Assembly (NCBI GenBank): GCA_951406725.2
Contig: OX597815.1
Span: 61,194,001 to 61,258,000, forward strand
Length of the DNA: 64,000 nt
Source: Octopus vulgaris
Taxonomy: Eukaryota
Reading direction: 5' to 3'
Shown: positions 1-13,676 of the stretch, one piece after another
How the letters are laid out: the number at the start of each line of letters is the position of its first letter
How positions within the stretch are numbered: the first letter of the stretch is position 1
The notes under the pieces: generated by a model
The model's database searches: none
What the model saw: only the letters and a program-made list of their open reading frames with translations
Told to the model about the DNA's origin: nothing
Program-made: the position numbers and the translations under genes

Positions 1-130
1 ATAACATGAAAACAAAGTTTGTAGGTTTTTCCTAATATATATGTAGAAACAATAAGACTTTGCTATAGGTCCGTCGTAGCGCTCAAGAGTCAAAATCAAA
101 ATCAAAAAATCAAAATACAAAATATATACT

Positions 131-910
131 CTATCCATATGGTATATTTATATTCGACATTTTAAATTTAGCCGTGTGCCTACATAAGTTCATTAATTCA
201 CTTCTTTGATTCAAAGAATTGTTGTCTTTGAATAATATGTGCATTTTTTCTAATAAGCAAAGCCTGCACTTGAAATTATATTTGTAAGCTCCATGCCTGT
301 ATGGTGCCGCCCTGTCCAGAATGCTCCATGTCACGTTGAAAGGTGGGGCTTCCTTTTCTTTTAGTTCCCAGACATATTTTGCTAGGCTGGTTTTCTTTCT
401 ATTCTCTGGGTATTTAAAAGAATTCTTATGAGAATAAAATCTTGTTTTAAATGAATTTTCTGAAGCCCCTGTGTATGTCTTGTATTCCGATGAGCCTTCT
501 ACTTGCACCTTGGCTCTATAAACTACTCCTTTCACTAGACATTTCCCTTCTAACGGACAGGAGCTTTCGTTTTTGAAATTACATTTCTTAATGGGCTCGG
601 CACCATGTCTAATCTCAATTAGCTTCCTATTATGTTGGCTAATGTAAGAGGCGAAATTTCTGCAACAAGAATAGCTAACCTTCAGGGTTCTTCTATTAAA
701 TATTTTGTAGAATTTATGACCCTGCCTAAAATGCTTAGAGACTGATCTCAAAAATTCTTTACCTATATTAGTCTTTACGGCCAAATTGAAAGCCGGGTTG
801 AACCACAAAACTTTCCTGGTCCTAGTTCTTCGTGCAGCATTATTATTAGCATTAAGCTGGTTGAACTGGATCTTCTCCGAGAATCCACTATTCTTTAATG
901 CGCTATCGTA
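131..910 (-). mobile_element. Penelope-like element fragment (Naiad-like): RT C-terminal region plus GIY-YIG endonuclease, 5'-truncated
   Basis: ORF 131..808 has WFNP..KTNIGKEF..IFNRRTLKVSYSC, CPLEGKCL, VVY..YTGASENSFKTRF..H, CRLCLLEK and LNQRSELMNLCRH. These match the GIY-YIG with CxxC and CxH motifs typical of Naiad-type PLEs. Homology appears to extend to ~910 (YDSALKNSGF). Confidence 0.88.
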
Positions 911-1200
911 ATAAAATATGTGGATTTAATATAAATATGTATTGCAGTATTTATAACAGGTTTAATTTCTATGCATTAATTTGTACTGTCTTCATTAAAG
1001 GCAATAGGTTTTTTCCTCGGTTTTTTCCTCGGATTTTATAATTTTTATAAGTTTTTTATATTTATATACATATATTTTTGACCTTTTTGTTTATCGCTCG
1101 AAGATTGACCGTTTTTTCTAAAGGGCCAATCAAACAAGTCCATTTCTTTTTAAAGGTGTAGCGTTTGTAAGAGTATAGATTGAATTAATATATATGTTCC

Positions 1201-1263
1201 ATTCTAGCAAAAACTGTCTGATGAACGGCAACGAGAAACTCAGAGTAACAGATTTTGTTGAAT
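1201..1263 (+). ncRNA. Minimal type I hammerhead ribozyme in a PLE terminal repeat
   Basis: ctgt-CTGATGA-a cg gcaa cg a-GAAA-ctc a gag-TA-acag: canonical core, GUA cleavage triplet, short stem III, and an extended imperfect stem I (attctagcaaaaactgt / acagattttgttgaat). Confidence 0.85.
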
Positions 1264-1404
1264 TTTCTGCTGCTTAAAATAAAGCATATTACTCTACCAC
1301 TGGTATTTGAGTACTCTTTTTTCCACCTTGTTTCACATTTATGTGTTTACTCCGGTATATATATTTATATATATATATACATATACATATATATACTTTC
1401 TTTT

Positions 1405-1580
1405 TCTTCTATTCATTTGACTGCAGCCATACTGGAGCACCGTCTTTGGTCGAACAAATAGACTCCAGGACTTATTCTTTGTATGCCTTGTGCTTATTCT
1501 ATCGGGTTCTATTGCCGAACCGCTAAGTTACAGGGACGTAAACACACCAGCATCGGTTGTCAATGATGGTGGGGGACACA
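1405..1580 (-). mobile_element. SINE/retroposon tail family (..gactgcggccatgctggagcacc..gccgaaccgctaagttacggggacgtaaac..)
   Basis: Related diverged copies at ~6690-6860 (opposite orientation), ~38800-39000, ~59420-59600 and fragments near 28670, 40640 and 55040. Confidence 0.65.
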
Positions 1581-1668
1581 TACAGACACACAAACACACA
1601 CACACATATATATATCTACTGAGGCTATCTACTGTGTGTGTGTGCATGTATATATGTATGTATGTATG

Positions 1669-1737
<69 letters not shown>

Positions 1738-1950
1738 ACAAAGGGTAAAATCATTTAATTAACTAAATTAAGCCCTAATTATAAAATATGCATATATATA
1801 TAGCACCAGGTGGTGCTATTAATATGCATATATATAATAGCACCAGGTGGTGCTATTAAGTTAGACATGGCCTGGGCCAATAATGGCCGAAACCTATCAA
1901 AGTATATATATACAGAAAAGAAAAGTAAATCCCGAGTTGATATGTATAAC

Positions 1951-2192
1951 GAAAATAAGACAAGGTGGAAACTGCTAAAATAATTTTATAATGAAGAACA
2001 CTTTAGTTCCGGTTTCCGCCTTTTAAACTTTTTCAACTAAGAGCAAAATAAGAAAAACAATTAAATTGGAGGAAAAAAATTAAGTGAAATGTTTTGTAGA
2101 TATTTCCATAGTCTTTTAATAGGTAAATATTTCCATAGTCTTCAGATAGTCTGTCTTTCTCTCTCTATTGCTTTGTGAATGCACAAAGGAAA

Positions 2193-2223
<31 letters not shown>

Positions 2224-2421
2224 ATATATGAAGACAATGGAAATATTTACCTAGTTAAAGACTATGGAAATATTTACAAAACATTTCCCTAAAATTTTTT
2301 CTCCAATTTAATTGTTTTTCTTATTTTCCTCTTAGTTAAATAAGTCTAAAAGACGGACACCGGTACAAAAATGTACTTCATTATAAAATTATTTTAGCAT
2401 TTTCTACCTTGTCTTATTTTC
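1951..2421. repeat. Imperfect ~200-bp inverted repeat, probably inverted PLE terminal repeats with a decayed hammerhead
   Basis: 1951-2155 is the approximate reverse complement of 2215-2421. The arms carry a decayed ttag-TTGAAAA..GAAA-ccg-gaa-ctaa motif. Confidence 0.75.
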
Positions 2422-2456
2422 CCTATATATAAAACACAATACAGAAAGGAGGCCCG

Positions 2457-2545
<89 letters not shown>

Positions 2546-2548
2546 CGT

Positions 2549-2594
<46 letters not shown>

Positions 2595-2810
2595 CGGGAA
2601 GGTTTAAGGAAGGTTTACAAAAATAAAGAAAAGACGAAAGCGGGTAGAGTACAAACAAACAATTGTATTAGTATGGCGCTCATGAATAGAAATAAAACAA
2701 GTCTTTTACGTTTCGAGCCTACGCTCTTCCACAGAAAGATACACAGAAAAGAAACAAGGAGAGAAACAAGGAGAGAAAAAATGCGTGCAGGAGCTAACGA
2801 TTCAACATGG
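2595..2810 (-). mobile_element. PLE 3' terminal repeat with a hammerhead-like motif (CUGUGGA core)
   Basis: Reverse complement of 2702-2739 reads tcttt-CTGTGGA-a-gagc gtag gctc-GAAA-cg-TA-aaaga. A homologous copy lies at 26775-26960. Abuts (TA)n. Confidence 0.65.
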
Positions 2811-3099
2811 GGACCTGAGAATGTGTGTCTGTGTGTCTGTATGTGTGTATCACTAAAACTCGAGATCTACTCAACAGATTTCATTCAATTTTTACACACG
2901 CCTTACTTAAGGTCCATGCAGTGTCATGAGCCCAGAAAATTTTCAACTTCTTGCCTAATGCGAGCCCGGAGCAATCTCTTATCTCTTACACTGTTTCCGT
3001 ATTACGTGTCAAAAGTGAAACAATAGCATCTCTATTAATACTTTCACTATTACATGGTTTCAATTTCAATTACTTTCAATATGTATTTATATACGTTTG

Positions 3100-3131
<32 letters not shown>

Positions 3132-3264
3132 TGTATGTATGTATGTATGTATGTATGTATGCATGTATGTATGTATGCATATGTGTGCGTATGTGTCTCT
3201 GTGTGTGTATGTATATATTTGTATCTTTGTATATATATACATGTATGTATATATATATGTATAA

Positions 3265-3327
<63 letters not shown>

Positions 3328-3394
3328 GTATATATGTGTGTGTGTGTATATATGTATATATATGTGGATGTATATGTATGTATATTTATGTATA

Positions 3395-3640
3395 TACAGG
3401 GGTTGGGCAAAATAATAGAATAATAGAAATAATAGAAAATTTCAAACAAATTTATTTTAATATGTGTAAGACAGTCTTTGGCAATTCCTACAGCTTGAAT
3501 TCTACGAGGTATGGACTCTTACAAAGTTTGAATTGTTTCCAAAGAAATTTTTGTCCATTTTTCAGCTAAAACAGTCTCCAGTTCTTGTAATGATGGTGGT
3601 GAAGGATATCGACTCCTTACCTATTTTTCTAAAATGAGAT
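3395..3640 (-). mobile_element. Tc1-like DNA transposon 3' end relic
   Basis: TA followed by cagggGTTGGgcaaaataat, a TIR-like start. The minus strand encodes VRSRYPSPPSLQELETVLAEKW.., resembling the Tc1 transposase C-terminus. Confidence 0.65.
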
Positions 3641-4460
3641 TGCACGTATAAACAACAATTGCAGCAATGTGACCGGCAAAACCATCAACATCAAACAGTT
3701 TCTCAGAGACCTAACCCTGAATGGCTACCTACCATCTTTAGCTAAACAACGGCGCCTAAAGAACATCAAGGTCAATAAACCCCGGAAGAACCATCAAAAT
3801 TCCCAAGTCCGGCACGTGCTTCCTAAAGCCACCACACTGACGGCAGAACTACTGCAGCGATACAACACACAGTCCGCAGGAAAAGACTCGACATACAAAT
3901 AGTGCACACTGGCCCTTCCCCGAGAACTATACCTCTCACTACTCCGAGGAGTACACATTATCGAACTGCCCTATCAATGACGCTGGATTGTGCCAGAGGG
4001 CCTATGTTGTATATGAGATCATCTGTGGCAAATGTGGCGCATCCTGCATAGGAAGCACGGCAAGAAAACTGTATATACGCATTAAGGAACACATACAGGC
4101 GGACACTTCCGTGAAGAAACATCTACGGAAATGCCAGACCCGGGAATCCGGGCATTCACAGTGCACATCAAGGCAACACAGCAGAACCTTAGAATCTCTG
4201 AGGCCATCCACATACACCAAAAGAAAACCAAGATCAACAACAGAAGAGAGTTACAGGAAGCCAGCTGGTTGCTACAGCAACACCTTTCTGCACATGTCCA
4301 CTTTACACACGCTCACACACAGGCACATCGGCAACATTCGTCTATTTCTTGAAAATAGGGTCATAACCCCCGAAATATTGAGTACAATGTAGGTCAACAT
4401 TGATTCACATATTTTTCTTGTGATTTGCGTGGCATTTACTTCGCATTGTTTTGGCCTTAC
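3640..4460 (+). mobile_element. Penelope-like element fragment (Penelope/Poseidon-like GIY-YIG), frameshifted
   Basis: LTLNGYLP, then VVYEIICGKCGASCIGSTARKLYIRIKEH, then LRISEAIHI..KINNRREL across ORFs 3669, 3988 and 4131. Confidence 0.8.
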
Positions 4461-4535
4461 CCACGATTGTTTATACAATATATGTATATGTATATATATA
4501 TGTGTGTGTGTATATATATATATATAAGTGTATAT

Positions 4536-4636
<101 letters not shown>

Positions 4637-4741
4637 AATAATATAAGGGTAAATAATTATTAATTTCAAAATCAACAATTACTTCCGGGTAGATTTCGGT
4701 ATGGAAATATAACCATTATCGGCAGGAACCTTATTAAAAAG

Positions 4742-4777
<36 letters not shown>

Positions 4778-4974
4778 GGCAAGCTACAGGTTGCTTAGCC
4801 ACATACCGAAAAATTAGAAATAGCAGTCAAAGATCGCTTATTTCTATTTTCTACAAATATAACTCCACATATAACATATACATGTAACTCACATATGTAA
4901 AACAGGATGAAAAAATAACGAAAACAAAGTCTTCGGTTATATATATATATATATATATATCCATATACACTTAC

Positions 4975-6160
4975 ATGGGGTCATATGATGGAGAATATGT
5001 GATCTTATTGGACTATTCCTACTCGATACGTTGGGCAAGACCTTTCCTGACGTATACTTCGCCTTTTACAAAGATGATGCCCTCGCCTTAAACGCAAATA
5101 CCAATGGACCAGCACAGGATCGGTTTAGGAAGGACATTATCCATTTGATGAAAACCTTCAGACTTAGCATAACTACAGACACCAACCTGACGTTTGTCAA
5201 TTTCCTAGATGTATCCTTAGATCTAAATAAGAACATTTATAAGCCTTATAGGAAGCCCAACGATGAACTTAGTTGTATTAATATGGGTTCCTGCCATCCC
5301 CCCATAGTGTTTAAAAATTTAGTTAAAATCGTTAGCAAAAGAATTTCTAGCCCCTCCTCCGATAGGGACATTTTTAATAGCGTTGCCCCAGTATATAACA
5401 AGGCTCTAAAAGATAGTAGTTTTAGCGAGGAAATAACCTATACACCTGCCACCAGCCCAACAATAAAGAAGAGGAAACATAGGAAGAGGAAACATAGGAA
5501 TAGGAAAACTATTTGGTTCACACACCCCTACTCACCCGAGGTGACCTTCAATATAGGCAAGTATTTCTTAGTACTGATAGATAGACATTTTCCATTCAAC
5601 CATACTTACAGAAAGCTCTTCAATAGACATAACTTAAAAATCAGTTTCAGCTCAACTACCAAAGTTTAAAAATATAATCGCACACAACACACAAAAGCCA
5701 TAATACGAAACCAGCTGTTCATGCAGGGATAAAGATTTGTTCCCGCTAAATGGAGCTTGCATGTCCGAGACCATCATTTATGAAGCCACCGTGGACTCTC
5801 TATCCACTAAGGTTTCGACGGAATACGTGGGCCTTACAGAGGGTAATTTCAAGGCCAGGTTCAATAATCACACCTTGAGCTTCAGGCACTGGGATAAAAG
5901 GAAAACGACCAAATTATCCAGTTATCCTTTTAACGAACATATGTTCCTTAAAATATAAAGGTGTCGGTTACAGCATCCATTGGAAGATCTTAGCCAAGTG
6001 TAAGCCCTACACCAACGGCAGTGGAAAGTGTGGTCTTTGTGATATGGAAAGATGGCTCATCTGGAAAAGCAGCTTCGACACCGCTACATGTCTGAATTCA
6101 AGAACTGAACTTTTCGGGTCATGCCCAAATGTTGCTAAATATTTGTTACGTTTTTGGTCG
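4975..6160 (+). mobile_element. Penelope-like element (Naiad-like) RT 3' half plus GIY-YIG, degenerate
   Basis: MGSYDG..CDLIGL, FYKDDAL (YxDD), NFLDVSLDL, YKPYRKPND, CHPP, IWF, FNRHNLKISFS; then PLNGAC..IIYEATV..YVGLTEGNFKARF..H and WKIL..CGLC..LNSRTELF. Contains stops and frameshifts. Confidence 0.9.
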
Positions 6161-6324
6161 CCCCGAGATTACAGATAGGACTTGCTTTCTATATTGTGTC
6201 CACGTACAGGCTTTTTATCTCTTTATACTTTTTAATTATATTTCTTATATATTTTTATACACATATGTTTTACATCTTTATAGAGATATTGTTGTATAGG
6301 TTTATATATATACATACATACATA

Positions 6325-6390
<66 letters not shown>

Positions 6391-6395
<5 letters not shown>

Positions 6396-6532
6396 AGAAG
6401 CTTGCTTCCCAACCACATGGTTTCGGGTTCAGTCCCACTGCGTGACACCTTGGTACAGTGTCTTCTACTATGGCCTCAGACTAAAGCCTTGTGAATGGAT
6501 TTCGAAGACGGCAACTGAACGAATCCAGTCGT
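6391..6532 (+). mobile_element. tRNA-derived SINE
   Basis: tggcaagaagcttgcttcccaaccac..gggttcagtccc (B-box-like)..gtcttctactatggcctcagactaaagccttgtgaatggattt. Minus-strand copies at ~55200-55355, ~59890-60035 and a tail near 43846-43892. Confidence 0.7.
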
Positions 6533-6903
6533 ATATATATAAAACTAAATACTCAACCGAAAGAGCTACTAACGGTTTCATGCTATTATGATACTTGAAC
6601 AGGCATATTTATAAAATACGCCATGTATCTTAAAGCAATCTTTCAGGCTCCGTTTATGCGTTATACGTGTGTTATATGCTTGACAACCGGCCTTTGTGTG
6701 GTGAGGTTCCCGTAAATTAGCGGTTCGGCAAAAAGAGACCAATAGAATATCTACTAGGTTTTAAGAAAATCCTTGGGTCGATTTGCACGACTTAAAAACC
6801 CTTCAAGGCGGTGCTGCAGCATGGTCGCAATCAAACGACTGAAACAAGTAAAAGATAATATATATATATATTTAAAATTTAATAGAAATGGGGAGAGTCA
6901 TTA

Positions 6904-7046
6904 ATAGAAATGGCTTTTCTGATAATATTCCTACTTTAATAATTAAATGTTTATAAATCATTAAATGTTTTACGATTTGTAAACACCTAATAATTTATAA
7001 ACATCTAATTATTAAAGTGGAAAAATTATTAGATAAGCCATTTCTA
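6904..7046. repeat. Imperfect AT-rich palindrome
   Basis: tagaaatggctt..tttaataatta..tttataaat mirrored by atttataaa..taattattaaa..aagccatttcta. Confidence 0.6.
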
Positions 7047-8619
7047 GTCTTTTTTTTCCAAATGTATATTCTGCAAAGGACTTTCTATTTTTAATTCTGC
7101 AATATATGTATATATAATAATATGTAAATGTAAGATCCAAGGATCAAGGTGTAGGAAGTTAGTAAGCGTCCAACAGTCAGTAGAAGGTATAAAAATACAT
7201 CTTTCAGGAGCAATAGTGTAAATGTTTTGCATATCGAAGTTCAATAAGCTGAAAAATGTATGTTCAGTTCACGGTTAGCAACTGGAGTTGGTGTGTATGC
7301 TAATAAAAATCCAAGTTTTAAGAATGGAGTCGATAAAATCCAAGTTGCATATGTTTCCTAGCTGGCAGAACCTCGGAAGCAGCATTTACTTAAGTGAGGA
7401 GGTACTCTGGTGGTTACTCATCAGGCCAAATGATGAATAGCTAGGGAAGTTGCCCTCGTTTGAGTAATTACTATTTCCGAGTTTGTGCAAGCCTGGATTT
7501 TAGATTCTCCATTCCCTAAATTTGGATGTGTGTGTGTGTGTGTGTGTGTTTGTTTAATTTTTGATATTTATTATTCAATATAACGCCACGCATCCATCTT
7601 ATTGTCACGCTATATCACGGGAATTTTGGATTCGACATCCTTTTCTTTCACTTTTCTCTTCCTCTCTTTCTTCCCTCCCTCTGCAGCTTTCAAACTCTCT
7701 GCCCTCCACCACTTTTCCTCTCTCCCCCATATGACCCGTGACCAATCTTATTTCTCTGTCCAATTTCCTTTTTTTCGCTTCCATCGGCCTCTCATTGTCT
7801 TCTCTACTTTCGACAAAGGGTTTGTTTTTTGTTTTTTTTGCACATCCAGTGTTTTTCAACCTTTTTACCCTTGCATAATCCTTAAAATAAATTACATATC
7901 TCAAAAAATCCCTGCACAAAAAAATTATATACCATATCTTTCTCATATTTTTTTCATCGTAGTTCACGTGGTAAATGTCATATATATATATATATATATA
8001 TTACGATTATGAGATTGGCATTAGCTTATCTCACTCTTTCTCGCAGAACCCTTAAGAACCCCGGTTGAGAAACGCTCTCACCTGTCCGCTTTTCGTTTCC
8101 AGTCTTATAGAACATTTCCCATTGTGTTATTTATATATACGCCTTCTCTTGTCTCAAAGTCGCAAGGCTTTATTTTGTCACTATATCGTATATTCATGTT
8201 GTTTGTATATTTACATTTATATTCGCATCCACTACCTGTGTTGTGTTTATTTTCGTGACTGTCTTTAACGTTTTCCCACTATTCCCAGAAACTTTTCACT
8301 GTTAACGTCACCAAAAATTAACAATACTATCGTTAAAGGCGTGAGATTGTAATGATTTTTGGGGGCGATAACTGACGCAGAATGTTTCCTGTCTAAAACC
8401 ACAGACTTTTACAATTCCACATAGAAAGGTGCCTCTGTAACTGTTCTTTCAAACTAAATCTTAAACTGCATCGACTCACAACACGGCCAAGGCCAACACA
8501 ACCAAAAAATAAACAAACAAAAAAAGGTATGCATTCTAATCTTCTCTCTCCTCCAATTAATTTATTTTTAAATGACTTCATGTATATAAAATCACCACCA
8601 TCATACCGACAAGCAATTA

Positions 8620-8651
8620 CAACAACAGCAACAACTACTACTACTACTACA

Positions 8652-8739
<88 letters not shown>

Positions 8740-9001
8740 GGACCATCACCACCACCACCACCACCACCACCACCACCCCCGCCGCCGCCACCACCGACGC
8801 CACTACTACAACTACCACCTCAACAGCCCCAAACTTTATTAGCTTGCTCCACTCCAAGCTCCATTCCGTTATAGCATTCATCGCACCGCCACCACAACAA
8901 CTACCCCAACAACCACTGTCAAAACAATTGTTACTACATGACAATCCTTCTCTGAATCTGGCCTCAACATTTGAATCACAGCACTACATCACCGCCACCA
9001 T

Positions 9002-9056
<55 letters not shown>

Positions 9057-9396
9057 CCATCACCATCACCATCATCATCATATATACACTACTACTACAA
9101 CACCCACACTAGACCGCCATACACCCCATCACTACACTGTTACTACTGCCCATACTACAGCACAACTGTATACCAGCACTACACCATAATTAGTACAAAT
9201 TCTTCACCGCCACCGCCTTCCTTAATGCAACACTGTACCTACATTTTTACCATCACCACTCTTCCACCATCTCCTATGCCACTATTACCACTAACTGCAA
9301 CAACAACACCTTTACAACCCTACGACGACCACCGCTAACACCGCCGCCAACAATACCTATATCACCATTACCGCTACATCCACCACCATCATTACT

Positions 9397-9400
<4 letters not shown>
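8620..9400. repeat. Compound trinucleotide microsatellite field (ACT/AAT/ACC/ATC)
   Basis: Directly visible. Similar fields at 14510-14730, 17795-17930, 45340-45565, 46085-46235, 48095-48306 and 51700-51955. Confidence 0.95.
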
Positions 9401-9458
<58 letters not shown>

Positions 9459-11090
9459 ACCACTACGACGACGACGGCGACCCCCGCTTCTACCACGGCC
9501 ACTACCATCACCACCCCGCTCTGTCTGATAATGGCACTACCATTATCTCATTACCATCGTTGGTATTCCATATAATGAGTCTGACATTAGAATTGATGCC
9601 TGCTGCTGATGATGTTACTGCAACTACTGTTGCTGCTCCTGCTTCTGAAATTAAACACCACAGCACACACATACTCACACACCCACACATATACATACAC
9701 AAATATTCCTACATACGCACATAGTGACGTGTACACACATACTTACTGAGACTTATACTCTCATATAAATGCATTGATACACGCACATACTGATACACAT
9801 ATACACTGACGCACACTCACATTAGATACACACATGGACACACACACACACACACACAATACACCGCACCTCCCGTCTCCTGTTCCAACATATCGCGTGT
9901 CATCACTCCAGGGACCTCCTTCCGCCCCTATAATACGATGTGAAAACTTCTAGTGTTGGTTGTTTGGGCCTACTAGAAGAGGTGTGGTGTAGATGTGTAG
10001 CGGGGCGTACATGGCTTTGTGTGTATATATGTGTTCGGGTGTGTATGTATATGTGTACATATGTGTACCTGTGTATGTATACGAGTATGTTTGTGTGTGT
10101 ATCTGTATACGTATGTACTTGTGAAGGTGTTCGTGTGTGCACACGCGTTCGAATGTATATGTATACTTGTGTATTTTTGTGCGTATCTGTATATGTATGT
10201 GTGTATAAGCATCAATGTGTGTACATGTGTGCATATGTGTAGAACTCCGTATGCATATACATATACGTGTATGTGTGTGCATGCGTATGATTGCTTATGT
10301 GAATGTTGTCTTTGTATATGCGTGTATGTCTGTTTGCGTATGTGTATGTTTGTACGTATGTGTTTGTCTATGTATGCATATGTGCGTGTATTTGTATATG
10401 GGTGTATGTATATGTGTACTTGTATGTATATGGCTGAATGTACCTGCATGTGTGTATTGTATGTATTTTTTTTATTGGATATGAAGACGTAAAGTGGTAC
10501 GTTTGAAGTTGTGTGAATATTTTTGCCTTTCTGGGTCTTTCTGTCTCTCTACTTCTGTTCCTCTCTCTCTCTCTTCCTCTTTCTCTCTCTCTTCCTCTTT
10601 CTCCCATTCTGCCCATGTGTCTGAGTGGTCCGTGTGTCGCAGTTTAACCCCAGGTCTACTCTGATTCACCTGACCTCCCTTTAAAAATACAGCTGACATT
10701 TTTCCTTTCTAATTTTAGGTAAAGTGAAACTAATAGTTTTTCATTCTCTTTTTTAGGCAGCAGTGTACGATTTAAAGATTTGGTTGCTGCTTTTTTCAGG
10801 TTCGACAACCATTTAGAAGCTTTTTCATTGGTTCATATCTATGGTGAGTGTGTGTGCGTGCACGCGCGTGTGCCGATGTGTGCACAATTATGCGTGTATA
10901 TGTGTGTGCCTATACAGGTATGCACACACATACACGTATCATATAAATTGAACCCGTAAGAGAAGTGAAGTGAGAGAATAGATGTTTATTCCATTAGTTT
11001 ACAGTTGTTTCATTAGCAATTTAGTTGTGTAAGAGACATTACATCACTTACAATGTACATAAAATATTCATATAAATATATACGTACACC

Positions 11091-11154
<64 letters not shown>

Positions 11155-11261
11155 AGTGTTTGTCCCCCACCATCGCTTGACAACCGATACTGGTGTATTT
11201 ACAAACAGACCAATCTTCTGAACGCTTCATGATAATTCAAAACATCAACTCAATACTCTCA

Positions 11262-11355
<94 letters not shown>

Positions 11356-11949
11356 ATATATATGTATGTATATATATTAGAGTGAGAAAAAGAGGGAGAG
11401 AGAGAAAGAAAGAGTAGGAAAGAGAGAGTAATGCCGTTAGATTTTAACACACAAGGCTGTTTGTATACATGTATACAGTAAATAACCATTATCTGTTGTA
11501 GAATTCTATACAAAATATAGAATAGTCACAGAATCTGAGGAACCGTCTGGCGAAACTTAGAACTGTCAATCGTTGTTGTGAGTGTGTGTGTTTGTGTATC
11601 TGGGTATATATGGGTGTGTATGTGTGTGTGAGTATGTATGTGTATGTATATGTATATGTCAATTTGAGTATGTATGAATGTACATTGTATTGACTAAGTC
11701 GGTTGTGTGTGGTGTGTATGTTGTCTGATGTTATGTATACTTTTTGCTTAATGCTTGCGTGTATACACACACGCACACACACATATACATACATACATAC
11801 ATACATACATACATACATACATACATACATACATACATACATACATACATACATACATACATACATACATGTGTATGTATTCTCCAGCATCTGTGTGTGA
11901 TTAATAGTTAAACTTTGTGTGTGTCTGTATGAGTAATAGACAGAATATC

Positions 11950-13300
11950 GATGAGATATTTATATTGAAATCCTACGTGTTCTTCTAACCTACGTTGGCG
12001 TTGTTCGAGAAGTACTTATCAAAAATATTAAATTCCCTAGGAAAACGCATTGCTAAGTGATTTAAAAACCTGTGTTAGAAAGATGAAGAATTCGAATTCT
12101 GGTAGGAATGATTATTACAATGCACTTATCAAGTATTAGCGCAAAAGAAAATATTGAACTGTATCAACAATTCTGGATTTACAATTTCTTCTGAATTACA
12201 TAAACAGGATCGAACAGAACCACTCCATCCTGGAACCCCTTATTTCACACTCACTAGTCACATGCTGGGTTTCAATAATAACCCATCTTTTAGGGTAGTT
12301 AACCCTATTAAATAAGATATAGGTAAACTTAGCAAACGTATATTAGCTAAGCTCGGGGAAGGAGCCTCTTTAATCCTGTGGAGTAATTCCTTTCCGGTGA
12401 TAGACTACTTGAAAAATATCACTTATAAGGTATGCAGAAGCTATATTCAATATGATACAAAATAATTATTATACTGCACTCACATTACCGTTATTACGTA
12501 GGGATATTGATTTTACTGTAAATAATAACTGAGATTAGCGATACCAAGGTTGATGTGATTATCATCCATAGAAAACTCATAACTTACAATAATTCAAGTT
12601 TTTAAAATCCACAAATACTCCTTTTGACGTGAGTATGGATGAAGGTGATTCGACTGAGGCAACTAACTTTATTGATGTATTTATTTATTAGGAAGACGGC
12701 TTTTATAGAGACGATGGCCTGTTGACAACGACTAGTTGCAGTACCCGACTATCGACAGATTCAGGAAGGACCTGATTAACTTTTTAAAAGATGTTAACAT
12801 GTCGATTACACATGACACGAACTTATCTGTTGTGAATTTCCAGACAATGGCCCTGAATCTCTCATGGATTATTTTTCCCTACATAGAAAATGTCTTACAG
12901 CAATAAATTTTCTAACCATCCAAACAACATGAACATTTTAAGTGAGTTTTAAAATATCTCATTCAGCTTACCTTGGTTGTGTCTAACAAGCAGATATTTA
13001 AGGATCACTCATCTGTTTTAACGAAGCATTGGTTCGTTGTGGTTTTAAGGAGATGCTGTATTAAATCAAAATGAATGTAGGATTAGGAAGAATAGGACTA
13101 ACACATTATTTAGTATAACCCACCATTTGATATGAAAGAGAGCAGACCTATGGCTAAAATCTTTTCTTTAATCAAGAAACTATTGTTGGCAGAACTTAAC
13201 ACAAGGATTATAACATCTTTATCAGGATTTAACAAGAATACAGTTAGATTATCATATTCAACAATTCCTAACCTCAAGTAAATCAGCACACCTTCGAACA
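11950..13300 (+). mobile_element. Highly decayed Penelope-like (Naiad-like) RT fragment
   Basis: GFYRDDGL at ~12695-12722, DRFRKDLINF..SITHDTNLSVVNF, YNPPFD and FNKNTVRLSYSTIPNL. Homologous to the 4975-6160 copy, with many stops. Confidence 0.7.
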
Positions 13301-13625
13301 AGTAGTATATATGTATAAATATATGAATATGTGTGTATGTGCGCGCGCAGTTATGTATGTATGTGAACCCCTTTATGTAATAAGCACTAGTTTAACAATT
13401 CTACAAATGGTGACCGATAAAACAAATCCCAGACTGAAATATGTACCGGGGTTGATATGAACGACTAAATACTTGTAGGGTCCTACTATGCCTCATTTTT
13501 AATGACAGTAAGATTAAAAGAATATATATATATATATATATATAAAAGAGAAAGATAGATACATACACACATATATTCTTATGTGAATACATTGATATGA
13601 ATACACATATACGTACATATGTATG

Positions 13626-13676
<51 letters not shown>

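Noticed and set aside
7380-7430. CTGATGA on the minus strand as a hammerhead
   Set aside because: No GAAA, stem III or stem I follows. The region looks more like a very decayed PLE endonuclease remnant, too weak to call.
8529-9338. Mucin-like Thr/Ser/Asn-rich 269-aa ORF
   Set aside because: Compound trinucleotide microsatellite with no domain, signal peptide or splice support.
10757-10843. Plus-strand exon-like segment with a good acceptor and gtgagt donor
   Set aside because: The sequence resembles the interspersed repeat at 38610-38790; there is no evidence of exonisation from sequence alone.
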